Source: an uncultured delta proteobacterium (GTDB taxonomy: Bacteria > Myxococcota_A > Polyangia > Polyangiales > Polyangiaceae). From it: 64,000 bases of DNA. The DNA lies in NCBI GenBank assembly GCA_963696385.1, contig CAVOKF010000008.1:736001-800000 (forward strand), written 5' to 3'. Position numbers and translations under genes: made by a program. The notes under the pieces were generated by a model. It had not been told where the DNA came from. It did no database searches and worked only from the letters and a program-made list of their open reading frames with translations. Below, piece by piece: positions 40,150 through 49,657 of this stretch (its first letter is position 1; each line of letters begins with the position of its first letter).

Positions 40150-41031
40150 TTAGCCCAGGGTCGACGACGGCGACCGCAGGTCGGCGAGAAAATCGACGAG
40201 CAGGGCATTCACACGATCCGGCGCGTGCTGCTGAACCCAGTGCGAGACGTTCGGCAGGAACTCGACACGCGCGTTCGGAACCCAAAGCGGCTCGGGAACG
40301 GCTAACTCCTTGCCTAGAAAACGATCGGCCTCTCCCCAGATGACCAATACCGGCGCATCGATCCGCTGTGAGGGCCGTGCACCCCCGAAAGCCGATTGCC
40401 GCAGCGCGGCCCGGTAATAGTGGACCGGCCCACGCAACCGATCGCGGCCCGTGGCCGCCGCGTCCACGAGACGCTGAATGTCGGCAGCCGCCATCGCGTC
40501 TCGCTCGAAGAGCTCGCGCAGCACCCGAAAGTCGTTGTTCGAGAGCCAGTGCTCGGGCAGCGCCGGAATTTGAAAAAAAAGAAAGTACCAGCTTTTCCTG
40601 GCCTGCCGCAGCGTCCACAGCGCCTGGGCCAGGCGTCGCGGATGCGGCGCATTGAGGATGACGAGCCGTTCGACCATCCGAGGGTGGCTCTGCGCAAACG
40701 ACCAGGCGACCGCTCCGCCCCAGTCGTGTCCAACGATCGCGGCCTTATCGGCACCACAGGAGCGGATGAGACCGGCCACATCGCTCTCGAGCCTCGAGAT
40801 GCGGTACGCGCTCACCGACGGTGGCTTGTCCGAGAGGTGGTATCCCCTCATATCGGGGGCCGCCACACGGAAACCCGCCCGCGCGAGCGCCCGAATCTGA
40901 TGGCGCCACGACCCCCAAAACTCGGGGAACCCATGCAGCAGCACGACCAGAGGCCCTTGGCCGGCCTCGACGACGTGAAGCCGCAGATCGCCCACGTCAA
41001 CGGCTCTGTGGGAAAACGGCTCGTCCTGCAT
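40150..41031 (-). CDS. Alpha/beta hydrolase, epoxide hydrolase-like
   Basis: LLHGFPE, PDMRGY, GHDWGG, SWY, SHWVQ. Confidence 0.93.
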   Translation of the reverse strand: MQDEPFSHRAVDVGDLRLHVVEAGQGPLVVLLHGFPEFWGSWRHQIRALARAGFRVAAPDMRGYHLSDKPPSVSAYRISRLESDVAGLIRSCGADKAAIVGHDWGGAVAWSFAQSHPRMVERLVILNAPHPRRLAQALWTLRQARKSWYFLFFQIPALPEHWLSNNDFRVLRELFERDAMAAADIQRLVDAAATGRDRLRGPVHYYRAALRQSAFGGARPSQRIDAPVLVIWGEADRFLGKELAVPEPLWVPNARVEFLPNVSHWVQQHAPDRVNALLVDFLADLRSPSSTLG

Positions 41032-41141
41032 CGCGTTCGCCTTTTTTGTTGGAAATTTCCCACTCGAACGCACGCAGTGGACGAATGCGCGAGCCCGCGC
41101 GACCCTGATTTCGGTCGATCCTGCGTTTTGGGCCCTGATTC

Positions 41142-42071
41142 ATGGCCGCAGGCGGCACCCAACAAGCCATGGAGTCCAGCGATTCGCCCGTTAGCCCTTC
41201 GAGCCCCTCGAGCTCGCCTAGCCTGCCCGCGGCGGTCCGGCTCGGCACTCTCCCCGCCCCGAGCATGCCGCCGCCGCCGCGCAGCCAGCGGCCGACGGGA
41301 GACGCCCCCATCCGCGACCGAGATTCGCCCATTCCATGGATTCCCGTCCCGACGCCTCCTCCTCCGTCGGCTCGCGACCGGGATGTGCCCGCGGCACTGG
41401 TTTCGCCGCTGAGCCCGCCTGCGCCGATTCGCGACCGGGACGTGCCCGCGGCACTGGTTTCGCCGCTGAGCCCGCCTGCGCCGATTCGCGACCGGGACGT
41501 GCCCACGGGTTTGCTTCCCGCACCGACCCCGCCTCCGCCGCCGATTCGCGATCGGGATTCGCCCGTCGCGCTCATCCCGCCGACCCCGGCTCCGGAGTCG
41601 GTCGCCGCCGGCCGAGCCATCGCCGATCAGCTCGCGGGGCTGGAGCGGTGGGCGAACGCCAATCGCCGCCATGCGACGCGGACGGCCGTTCGCTTCTGGC
41701 TTCTGAAGGCCGTGGCGGGCGGAGGCGCCATAGCAGCCTCGGTCGCAGCATCGTTCGGCTGGATGCCCTGGGTCGCCGCGTTGACCGCTCTGGTGGTTCT
41801 CGCGGTCGCCATCGACTCGGCCTCCTCCGCCCCACCCAATTTCGCCCACGAAATGGCATTCGCGGATATTCGGCATTTGCAAAACACCGTCAAACTGTCG
41901 TGGGACAAAGTCTGCGTCAGTCGTCCCGACCCGCAGGACCCTGCTCGTCAGCTGGCCGCGATTGCGATCCTCGACGACATTCAGGCCAGGCGCGATCAAA
42001 TCCGTCGTTACATGGGCAGTCCCGAGGCCGCCTTGGCCCAGCCCGGGGGGCCAACGGGGGGGCGGGCCTAA
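41142..42071 (+). CDS. Pro-rich repeat protein with C-terminal two-TM (SLATT/DUF4231-like) domain
   Basis: Five RDRD(S/V)P repeats, then helix - two hydrophobic segments - helical tail. Confidence 0.7.
   Translation: MAAGGTQQAMESSDSPVSPSSPSSSPSLPAAVRLGTLPAPSMPPPPRSQRPTGDAPIRDRDSPIPWIPVPTPPPPSARDRDVPAALVSPLSPPAPIRDRDVPAALVSPLSPPAPIRDRDVPTGLLPAPTPPPPPIRDRDSPVALIPPTPAPESVAAGRAIADQLAGLERWANANRRHATRTAVRFWLLKAVAGGGAIAASVAASFGWMPWVAALTALVVLAVAIDSASSAPPNFAHEMAFADIRHLQNTVKLSWDKVCVSRPDPQDPARQLAAIAILDDIQARRDQIRRYMGSPEAALAQPGGPTGGRA
41310..41565 (+). repeat. Coding 57-60 bp tandem repeat (RDRD-V/S-P unit, 5 copies)
   Basis: Cores at 41313, 41373, 41430, 41487 and 41547; the copies at 41373 and 41430 are nearly identical. 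Confidence 0.9.
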
Positions 42072-42126
42072 CTAAACGCCCTTGCTCGAGCTCGCACCCG
42101 GCCTCTCGGTCAGGTAGTGTGGATCC

Positions 42127-42540
42127 ATGAAGGATCAGGGGCAGGGCTCGCGTTCACCCGTCCCCGATGGCGTGGAGGACGCGTGTGGCATCTGCGGGGG
42201 GGACCGTCGTATCGGGAACTCCTTCGGCCTGACCACGACATGCCCCAGCTGCCGCGGCACAGGCCGGCGGCTCGAGGCGGCAGGTTTTCATGACGTCACG
42301 AAGACCAAATCATCCCACCACCGCCCGACGAACAAGGCCGAAGCGATCGTCAAGGCGCAGTGGCCGGCGACGTTCGAGGGCGGGCGGCTCGCCACCGAAG
42401 TACGCGACAGCGGATGCACGAGTGTCGCAAAGGCCAAGCTCATTCGTGAGATCATCGACTACGAGGGCACCCACGGTCAGTGCACGCAGACCTTCATGAA
42501 GAAGGTCCGCAAGCAAGTTCGGCCCACCACCCCGGCGTGA
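42127..42540 (+). CDS. Small protein with DnaJ-type zinc-finger pair
   Basis: CGICGGD and CPSCRGTG; no J-domain HPD motif. Confidence 0.8.
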   Translation: MKDQGQGSRSPVPDGVEDACGICGGDRRIGNSFGLTTTCPSCRGTGRRLEAAGFHDVTKTKSSHHRPTNKAEAIVKAQWPATFEGGRLATEVRDSGCTSVAKAKLIREIIDYEGTHGQCTQTFMKKVRKQVRPTTPA

Positions 42541-42660
42541 TGGCGATTCCATGATTGCGCAGGCCACACGCAGGTCCGCGCGCTAGGCTTGGCCCATCAT
42601 GGTCGGACATCGCGTCGGAATCAGCCGGCATTCGGATCCATTTTACCGGACCACGACAAC

Positions 42661-42849
42661 ATGAGCCCGCGCCGCAAGGAGCCGCAGCCCTCGGTCCTCG
42701 ATGACGAGGACGTGCGCCGCCGTGTCGCATCCGGCGAACTCGTACCCATGACTGTGCTCGGCCCCGCACCCGTCGATCCGCTCGTTATGGCTCGACTGCG
42801 CGAGCTCGCGGCCCGCCCGCTGCGCGGGCGCGGGTCACGCGGCGATTGA
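42661..42849 (+). CDS. Small hypothetical protein
   Basis: 62-codon ORF with protein-like composition in an intergenic gap. Confidence 0.45.
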   Translation: MSPRRKEPQPSVLDDEDVRRRVASGELVPMTVLGPAPVDPLVMARLRELAARPLRGRGSRGD

Positions 42850-42885
42850 ACCGCAGTCCCTGTATGCCGAGGAGATCGTTCGAAC

Positions 42886-43251
42886 ATGCCTGCCGAGAAA
42901 ACCCCCATCAGCAAGTCCGACTTCATCCGTCAACAGCCGTCCTCTCTCTCCGCCGCCGAGGTCGTCGACAAGGCCAGGGCCGCGCGGATCGCGATCGACA
43001 CGGGCCTCGTCTACAACGTTCGGGGGCGGGCCAAGTCGAAGGGCAAAGCGACGACGGCGGCGGCCATCCAAACGCCGACGCCGGCGAAGGGTGCGACCGC
43101 GCAACCCGCCCCCGTTGCTCGGCCCTCCGCTTCCGCGCACACCAACGAAGAGGAAATGCTGAAGATCGTCGCCGCCGAAGTCGGCCTCGGACGCGCTATC
43201 GAGCTTCTTCAGGGCGAACGCGCGCGAGTGCAAGCAATCATCGGGGGGTGA
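42886..43251 (+). CDS. Small hypothetical protein, possibly DNA-binding
   Basis: GAGGAG RBS; helical N-domain, Lys/Ala/Pro linker, C-terminal helix pair. Confidence 0.8.
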   Translation: MPAEKTPISKSDFIRQQPSSLSAAEVVDKARAARIAIDTGLVYNVRGRAKSKGKATTAAAIQTPTPAKGATAQPAPVARPSASAHTNEEEMLKIVAAEVGLGRAIELLQGERARVQAIIGG

Positions 43252-43397
43252 CGCGCGCTGCAAAGACTGCGCGCTCGCGAAAGTCTGTCGGGCATGCGGG
43301 GGCTGCCAAGGACGACTCGGGCGGCAATCATGGGGCCTGCGCCGTCATCCGCAATGGCCCGGTCCATGCTTAGGCCCGGCCCACTTTGGGAGAAACC

Positions 43398-43946
43398 ATG
43401 AGGACGATTGCGTTGTATGCCCGACGTCAGGGACGTTTTGCGAATGCCATGGGCCTGCTGGTTGCGTGTTGCGGGGCTTGGGCGATCGGCTGCGATCTGT
43501 CGGCGAGAAGCCCTGCCGACCAAGCGTCTTTCGTGGAGCGCACGCGTTGCGGCCCCGAAGTGACCGACACGGCCCTCGAGCCGATTCTCGACGGCCATGC
43601 CGTGCAGCAGGTCGAGCCCCTCTACAGCACGATTGAGGCCGACAAATCGGGCGAACAGTCTCAGCTCCGAGGCGCCAAGCTGACCGTAGCGGCTCTGCCC
43701 GGCGTGACGGCCGAATGGCTGGACCGCGAGCTCGAATGCCACAGTGCGCACATCACGCTCGGCCGGACAGCGTCGACTCCGGAGGACCCTTTCTGGTTGC
43801 CCGGATCCACCGTGGACATCGACGTTCGGCCGACCAAAGACGGCTTTGCCGTCGGGGTCGCGGGGTTTTCGGCGGCCGACGCTCGCCAAATTCTCGCCCG
43901 CGCGCAGGCGTTCGCCAAGGCGAAGCGGGCGCCCGCCTCCCCGTAG
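43398..43946 (+). CDS. Hypothetical lipoprotein
   Basis: GGAG RBS; signal ending in AIGC; GVTAEWL..LECH. Confidence 0.75.
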   Translation: MRTIALYARRQGRFANAMGLLVACCGAWAIGCDLSARSPADQASFVERTRCGPEVTDTALEPILDGHAVQQVEPLYSTIEADKSGEQSQLRGAKLTVAALPGVTAEWLDRELECHSAHITLGRTASTPEDPFWLPGSTVDIDVRPTKDGFAVGVAGFSAADARQILARAQAFAKAKRAPASP

Positions 43947-44017
43947 AGGACTCGGGGACGTCGGGCGGGATGGGGCCGAACGCGGACCGCCGAACGCCGC
44001 GCTAACGCGGGGTCACC

Positions 44018-44590
44018 TTAGGGCAGCCCACCGTCCAGAAACGGCACGGGGGGCGGCTCGTGCATCTCCCTGGCCTTATCGCAGGCCTGGGATGCCCCGG
44101 CCGTGCAGGCCAGCTGGTAGAGGTCGCCCGCCCTTGCGCGGTCCTGGGATACGCCTCGGCCGCGCTCGTACATGATGGCGAGATTGTAGCAGCCCGGCGC
44201 CCACCGAAGATCGCACGCGCGCTCGTAAAGACGCGCCGCTTTCGCGTCGTCCTCGGACACTCCGTGCGCGTACTCGTGCATCTGTCCGGCGAACACGCAC
44301 CCGACCGGGTCCTTCATCGCGCACGACCGTTCGTAGAGCATCGCCGCACGTGTTTCGTCCTGGCTCACTCCCTGACCCAGGGCGTACGTCGCTCCCAGTC
44401 GCCGACAGCGATCCGCCGACCCTGCGTCGCACTCCCTTTCGCAAGCCTCGACGTCTTCGCACCCGCCGATCGTCACGGCGAGCGTGATCACGCTGGCCGA
44501 CGGGGCCGGCTGGCCGTGCGAAGAGGGCCCGCGATGACAGCCGCCTAAAAGTGCGACGGCCAAAACCGAGACGACCCCGATCCGCTTCAT
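44018..44590 (-). CDS. Sel1-repeat lipoprotein (Cys-rich)
   Basis: Lipobox LGGC; three repeats of C..LG..Y..G.GV..D...A...Y...C. Confidence 0.9.
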   Translation of the reverse strand: MKRIGVVSVLAVALLGGCHRGPSSHGQPAPSASVITLAVTIGGCEDVEACERECDAGSADRCRRLGATYALGQGVSQDETRAAMLYERSCAMKDPVGCVFAGQMHEYAHGVSEDDAKAARLYERACDLRWAPGCYNLAIMYERGRGVSQDRARAGDLYQLACTAGASQACDKAREMHEPPPVPFLDGGLP

Positions 44591-44809
44591 GACGTGGGCC
44601 GACCGTAGCTTTGTGCCGGAAAGGATCCAATCCGCGACGACGCGAAGATCGCGCAAACGGCGAACGGCGCGCCTCGCTCGAGGCCCGACCGGCGGTAGGG
44701 GTGTTTGTCCCGCGCCTTGCCCGCCTCGAGGACGCTCTCGCCAGAGTCGCGCGAGCCGCATCTTCGACCGAATGGATTTGTCGTCACGCGACCGCTACGC
44801 CCTTCGACG

Positions 44810-46162
44810 GTGCCCTCCGTCCCATTGGCCGAACCAGCGCCTGCCCCTTGGGCCGCTGCATTCGGCTATCGCGACTACCGGTGTTTTCAGGGTGCGCGGC
44901 TGCTTTCGATGCTCGGCATGCAAATGCAGAGCGTCGCCATTGGCTGGCAAATTTACTCCATCACGCGCCGACCGATCGATCTGGCGTGGGTGGGCCTCGC
45001 GCAGTTCCTGCCCGCCCCAGGCCTCTCGCTCGTCACCGGCCACACGGCCGATCGATTCGATCGCCGGCGGATTCTGTCGATGTGCCACCTGGTGATGGCG
45101 TCTCTCTCGATCGCTCTGTGGCTCGTCACACGCGCGACTGGCCCGCATCTCGCGTGGATCTATGCGCTGCTCGTCGGCGTCGGCGTCGTGCGGGCTTTTC
45201 TGGGCCCCTCGAACCAATCCATTTTGCCCACGCTCGTTCCACTCGAGCACTTTGAAAACGCCGTCGTGTGGGGCTCGTCGCTCATCCAAGCGGCGACCGT
45301 CCTTGGCCCTACGTTCGGGGGCATCGCGTATGCGGCCGCAGGGGGAGCCGGTCCGGTCTACGCGGCGGCCGGCGCCTGCTCGGTCGGCGCCCTGCTGCTC
45401 GTCTCCATGATGCGCCCCAACGGTTCCGGTTCGGTCGCCCGCTCCGGAGACCCGCTGCGCCCCTTGCCGGATCCCCACACGCCCCGACCGACGCGTCCGG
45501 CCCGAGGCAATCCGACGCGGAGCTCGGTCCTCGCGGGGGTCCGTTACGTGTGGCGCAACCCAATCGTGCTCGGCGCGATTTCGCTCGATCTCTTCGCCGT
45601 CCTGCTCGGCGGGGCCACCGCATTGATGCCCGTCTACGCGCGCGACATCCTGCACCTTGGACCGTGGGCGCTCGGGACTCTTCGAAGCGCGCCGGCCGCC
45701 GGCGCTGCGATCACCGGAGTGGCGCTCGCACTCTGGCCGATCGAGCGGCGCGCCGGCGCCAAAATGCTCGCCTGCGTCGCGGTCTTCGGGATCGCGACCA
45801 TCGCCTTCGCGGTGTCGCGCAACTTCGTGCTCTCGCTGGTCACACTGGCCGTGGCGGGAGCGGCGGACATGGTGAGTGTCTTCGTGCGGTCGGCACTCGT
45901 CCAGCTGGCGACCCCGGACTCGATGCGCGGCCGCGTGAGCGCCGTGAACATGGTCTTCATCGGCGCCAGCAACGAGCTCGGGGAGTTCGAGTCCGGGCTC
46001 ACCGCACAATGGCTCGGCACAGTGCCTTCTGTCTTGCTCGGCGGGATTGGCACGTTGATCGTCGTGGCGGTCTGGGCATGGCGGTTCCCACAGCTCGGGC
46101 GCGTCGATCGGTTGACCGATGTCCTGCCGAAGGGCGGCGATGCAGAACGGTCCGCCGGGTAG
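44810..46162 (+). CDS. MFS transporter (MFS_3/EntS-like)
   Basis: GHTADRFDRR, LDLFAVLLGGATALMP, QLATPDSMRGRV; about 12 TM; GTG start inferred. Confidence 0.92.
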   Translation: MPSVPLAEPAPAPWAAAFGYRDYRCFQGARLLSMLGMQMQSVAIGWQIYSITRRPIDLAWVGLAQFLPAPGLSLVTGHTADRFDRRRILSMCHLVMASLSIALWLVTRATGPHLAWIYALLVGVGVVRAFLGPSNQSILPTLVPLEHFENAVVWGSSLIQAATVLGPTFGGIAYAAAGGAGPVYAAAGACSVGALLLVSMMRPNGSGSVARSGDPLRPLPDPHTPRPTRPARGNPTRSSVLAGVRYVWRNPIVLGAISLDLFAVLLGGATALMPVYARDILHLGPWALGTLRSAPAAGAAITGVALALWPIERRAGAKMLACVAVFGIATIAFAVSRNFVLSLVTLAVAGAADMVSVFVRSALVQLATPDSMRGRVSAVNMVFIGASNELGEFESGLTAQWLGTVPSVLLGGIGTLIVVAVWAWRFPQLGRVDRLTDVLPKGGDAERSAG

Positions 46163-46488
46163 AATTTCCGCGCGTAGACCGGCAAGACCCGACCGCCCGT
46201 GCCGCTCGTGGGTGAGTGAGGCCTCGTCGGATCGCGATCCGAGGTTGCGAGGGCGCCACGAACGCCGGGTCGGCCAGTGCAGGACCTGCACCGCCGCACC
46301 GGGCAGACTCGACCGTCCCCGCTTCGTCGGGTGGCATGTGCGTTGGTCGCCCGATTTTTCCCCGAAATCGCACGTCGTGGTGAGCCATCTTGCGCCGCTC
46401 GAGAGACTGCACGGAGGGACTGGACCAATCCCGCCCGGGCCCCGGCTCGCGGGCGCATTTCCGGTGCCCGAGGAGTCAGGCCGCAACC

Positions 46489-48225
46489 ATGAAATGCGCG
46501 TGGATTTGGCCCGCTTTGGTCTTCGCCGGGTGTCATGGATCGCCACCGTCGCCAGCCGAGGGCACAACGCCGGATGCCACGACCTACCCGACGGGAGCGT
46601 CCTCGTCCGTCGCGCTCTCCTCGAGCAGCCCATCGTCGGGCGGAGCATCCTCATCCGGAGACACGTCCTCCTCGGGAGCGACCTCGAGCGGGCCGTCGTC
46701 GGCCGCGACGTCCTCAGAAAGCTCTTCTTCAGGAAGCTCTTCCTCAAGCGCCACGTCGAGCGGGTCTGGTTCCACCGGCACGGAAGGCGGCGGGGCCGCC
46801 TCAGGCGGCGACGGCGGCGCGACGCCGAGCACGGTCACCGTGCTCACGAACCGTTACGACATCGCGCGCACCGGCGCGAACCCGAACGAGACGATCCTCA
46901 ATACGACCAACGTCAACGCGATGTCATTCGGCTTCCTGTTCTCCGCGAGCGTGACCGGACGAGTGTACGGGCAGCCGCTCTACGTGCCCGGCCTGACGAT
47001 CGGCAATGCGATCCACAACGTGGTCTATGTCGCGACCGAGCACAACGTGGTGTACGCGTTCGACGCGGACGACGGCACGTCGCTCTGGTCGACGACGCTC
47101 GAACCGCCGATCATTCTCGGTACGGGCGCTGTGTACAACCCCGGCTGCGCCGACATGGGGAGCGGCGCCGCAACGTACGAGGTCGGCATCACGTCGACGC
47201 CGGTCATCGACTTGAAGGCGGGCCTGATTTACGTCGTGGCCAAGACGACGGGCATGCACATGCTTCACGCACTGAGCCTCACGACGGGCACAGACGTCCC
47301 GACACCGACGGTCGTCGGGCCCGCGGGGTTCGACTCGAACATTCATCTCAATCGCCCAGGATTGCTTCTGCTCAATGGCATCGTCTACATCGCCTTCGGA
47401 AGCCACTGCGACAACGGCGCCTTCAACGGCTGGATCTTTGGTCACGACGCGACGACTTTGGCGCTGCAGAGCACCTACAGCACGACGCCGTCGGGAAGCG
47501 ACGGGGCGATCTGGCAGGGCGGTGTGGGGCTGTCGAGCGATGGGACCGCGATCTGGTTCAGCGTTGCCAACGGCACGCAGGGAGGCCCCAACATGGGGAT
47601 GAGCATCGTGAAGGCGACCGTCTCCGGCAACACGTTGGTCAATGCACTGAGTCTTCAAGAAGTGGCCGACGGCGACAACGATCTGTCGGCCGGTGTCGTG
47701 CTCGTCGGCAACCAGGCGCTCTCGGGCGGCAAGAGCGGCTACGTCATTTTGCTCAACACCGCCGACGCATCCCAAGCGCAACTGCTCGAGGCCGGCGGCG
47801 AAGTCCACAACGTCGCGACGTGGAACGGCGGCGCCGCGGGACAACTCGTTTACACTTGGGGGTCGGGCTCGCAGCTGACCGCGTGGCAGTTGACGGGCGG
47901 CATGCTCGTCAACGAGGTGACGAACACAGAGCAGAGTCCTGGACATCCGGGGGGAATGATCACGATCTCGTCGAATGGCACGACCGCGGGATCGGGCGTG
48001 CTTTGGGCCTTGCTCCCATTGTCCGGTGACGCGTGGCACAGCACCGCGCCCGGCGCGCTCTACGCGTTCGATGCATCGGACATCTCGAAGCACTCTCTGT
48101 GGAACAGCACCCTCGACGCCACGGACTTCGGCACGTACGCGAAGTTCAGCCCGCCGACGGTGGCCAATGGCAAGGTCTACGCTGCGACCTTTTCGGGACA
48201 GATCATGGTGTACGGACTCAAGTGA
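46489..48225 (+). CDS. PQQ-type beta-propeller lipoprotein
   Basis: Lipobox FAGC, Ser-rich linker, VLTNRYDIARTGAN, YGQPLY, VYAFDA, GITSTPVID, KFSPPTVANGKVY. Confidence 0.85.
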   Translation: MKCAWIWPALVFAGCHGSPPSPAEGTTPDATTYPTGASSSVALSSSSPSSGGASSSGDTSSSGATSSGPSSAATSSESSSSGSSSSSATSSGSGSTGTEGGGAASGGDGGATPSTVTVLTNRYDIARTGANPNETILNTTNVNAMSFGFLFSASVTGRVYGQPLYVPGLTIGNAIHNVVYVATEHNVVYAFDADDGTSLWSTTLEPPIILGTGAVYNPGCADMGSGAATYEVGITSTPVIDLKAGLIYVVAKTTGMHMLHALSLTTGTDVPTPTVVGPAGFDSNIHLNRPGLLLLNGIVYIAFGSHCDNGAFNGWIFGHDATTLALQSTYSTTPSGSDGAIWQGGVGLSSDGTAIWFSVANGTQGGPNMGMSIVKATVSGNTLVNALSLQEVADGDNDLSAGVVLVGNQALSGGKSGYVILLNTADASQAQLLEAGGEVHNVATWNGGAAGQLVYTWGSGSQLTAWQLTGGMLVNEVTNTEQSPGHPGGMITISSNGTTAGSGVLWALLPLSGDAWHSTAPGALYAFDASDISKHSLWNSTLDATDFGTYAKFSPPTVANGKVYAATFSGQIMVYGLK

Positions 48226-48242
48226 GGGGTTCGAGATTTCCG

Positions 48243-49542
48243 ATGGACATCGATAGGTCGTTCTCCAAGTGCCGAGCGCGTCGGGTGGCGGCGGTTGCCG
48301 CATGGCTCGTCGCCGGCTGCTCCTCCAACGGTGCATCGAGCCCCCCTTCCGCTCCTGGCTCCGGGACGAGCGGTGCCAGCTCCAGCGCCCTGGACTCGGG
48401 CCCGACCGCGGACGCGAGCACCCTCGGGGCCGACGTCGACTCGAGCCTCGTGACCTCCGACGGCGCTACGGGCGCTTCCGTCGACGCCGGCCCCGTCCCC
48501 GATGCAACCGGCGATGCCGGCACGGACGGTTCCTCCGAAGCAAGCAGCCTTGCCGAGGCCGGACCGAGCGACGCGTCCGCAGAATCGGAATCGAACGAGG
48601 CCGGCCCCACGCCGGCCCCGATGCCTTCTGCGATGCTTTCGGAGACCGGCCTATTCAAATCCGTCGCCTCGGACGGGACGTTGAACCTCCAGGACGGAGT
48701 CCAGGAGTATCAGCCGATGTACTCACTCTGGGCGGACGGCGCCGAGAAGACCCGCTGGATTTATCTGCCGCCGGGCACGCAGATCGACACGACCGACCTC
48801 GACCACTGGTCGTTCCCTGCGGGAACGAAATTTTGGAAGGAATTCGCGCTCGGTGGGCAGCGCCTCGAAACCAGGCTTCTCTGGATCTATGGCCCCGGAG
48901 CCGATGATTTTCTTCTCGTCACTTATTGGTGGAATCCGGAGGCGGGAATCGCGAACGACGCCGAGTTGGCGAACGCCTTCGGGGTTCAGAACGTCAATGG
49001 CACCACGCATGACATTCCTGCCCAGGAGGATTGTCACACCTGCCACGACGCGCTCGAGGAGCACGTCCTCGGGTTCGGAGCGATTGAACTCAATCACACG
49101 CTGCCGGGCGTCAACATCCATACGCTGATCGACGCCGGTTCGCTGACGAACGACCCCGACATCGCCGATCTCCACGATCCCGGGCGATTCAACGACGCAA
49201 GCGGCACTCGGCTACCTGCACGCCAATTGCGGGAACTGCCACAACGTCACGCCGGGGGCGACGGGCATCCCCACTCCGGCCATGATCTTGCGCCTGTTCG
49301 TCGGTGCGACGACTGTGGAGGACACCCCGACCTATCAGACGTCGGTCAACGTCGCGACCACGGACTTCACGGGCATTGCCTACCGCATCGCGGGACAGGA
49401 TCCGATGGACAGTTGCATCCCGCACACCATGTTGACCCGCGGCGGCAGAGAGCAGATGCCGCCCCTTGCCACCTATCTCGTGGACGACGCGGGGGTGGCG
49501 ACCGTCAACGCCTGGATCATGACGTTGCCGCAGCCCCCCTGA
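48243..49542 (+). pseudogene. Diheme c-type cytochrome lipoprotein (SO2930-like); frameshift near 49172
   Basis: Lipobox VAGC, LSETGLF, LWADGAEKTRW, ETRL, CHTCH; removing one C at 49172-49173 gives [23 protein letters not shown], ending at 49542. Confidence 0.82.
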
Positions 49543-49657
49543 GTACGGCGCCCCGTTAGACGGTGCGCGAGCTGCTCGGGTACGCCGGACTGTCGAGCTC
49601 GAGCAGTCCGCCGTGGCCGTTCGCGTCGAATCGGGTTACCCCTCAACGCAGACAGGG

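Noticed and set aside
46332..46346. Sigma54-like TGGCAT-N5-TTGG
   Set aside because: The -12 element is GG rather than the conserved GC
46400..46450. GAGAG..GGAGGGACTGG resembling a SAM-I riboswitch
   Set aside because: Lacks the ATC, GCAACC and GTGC core elements, and the downstream gene is unrelated to sulfur metabolism
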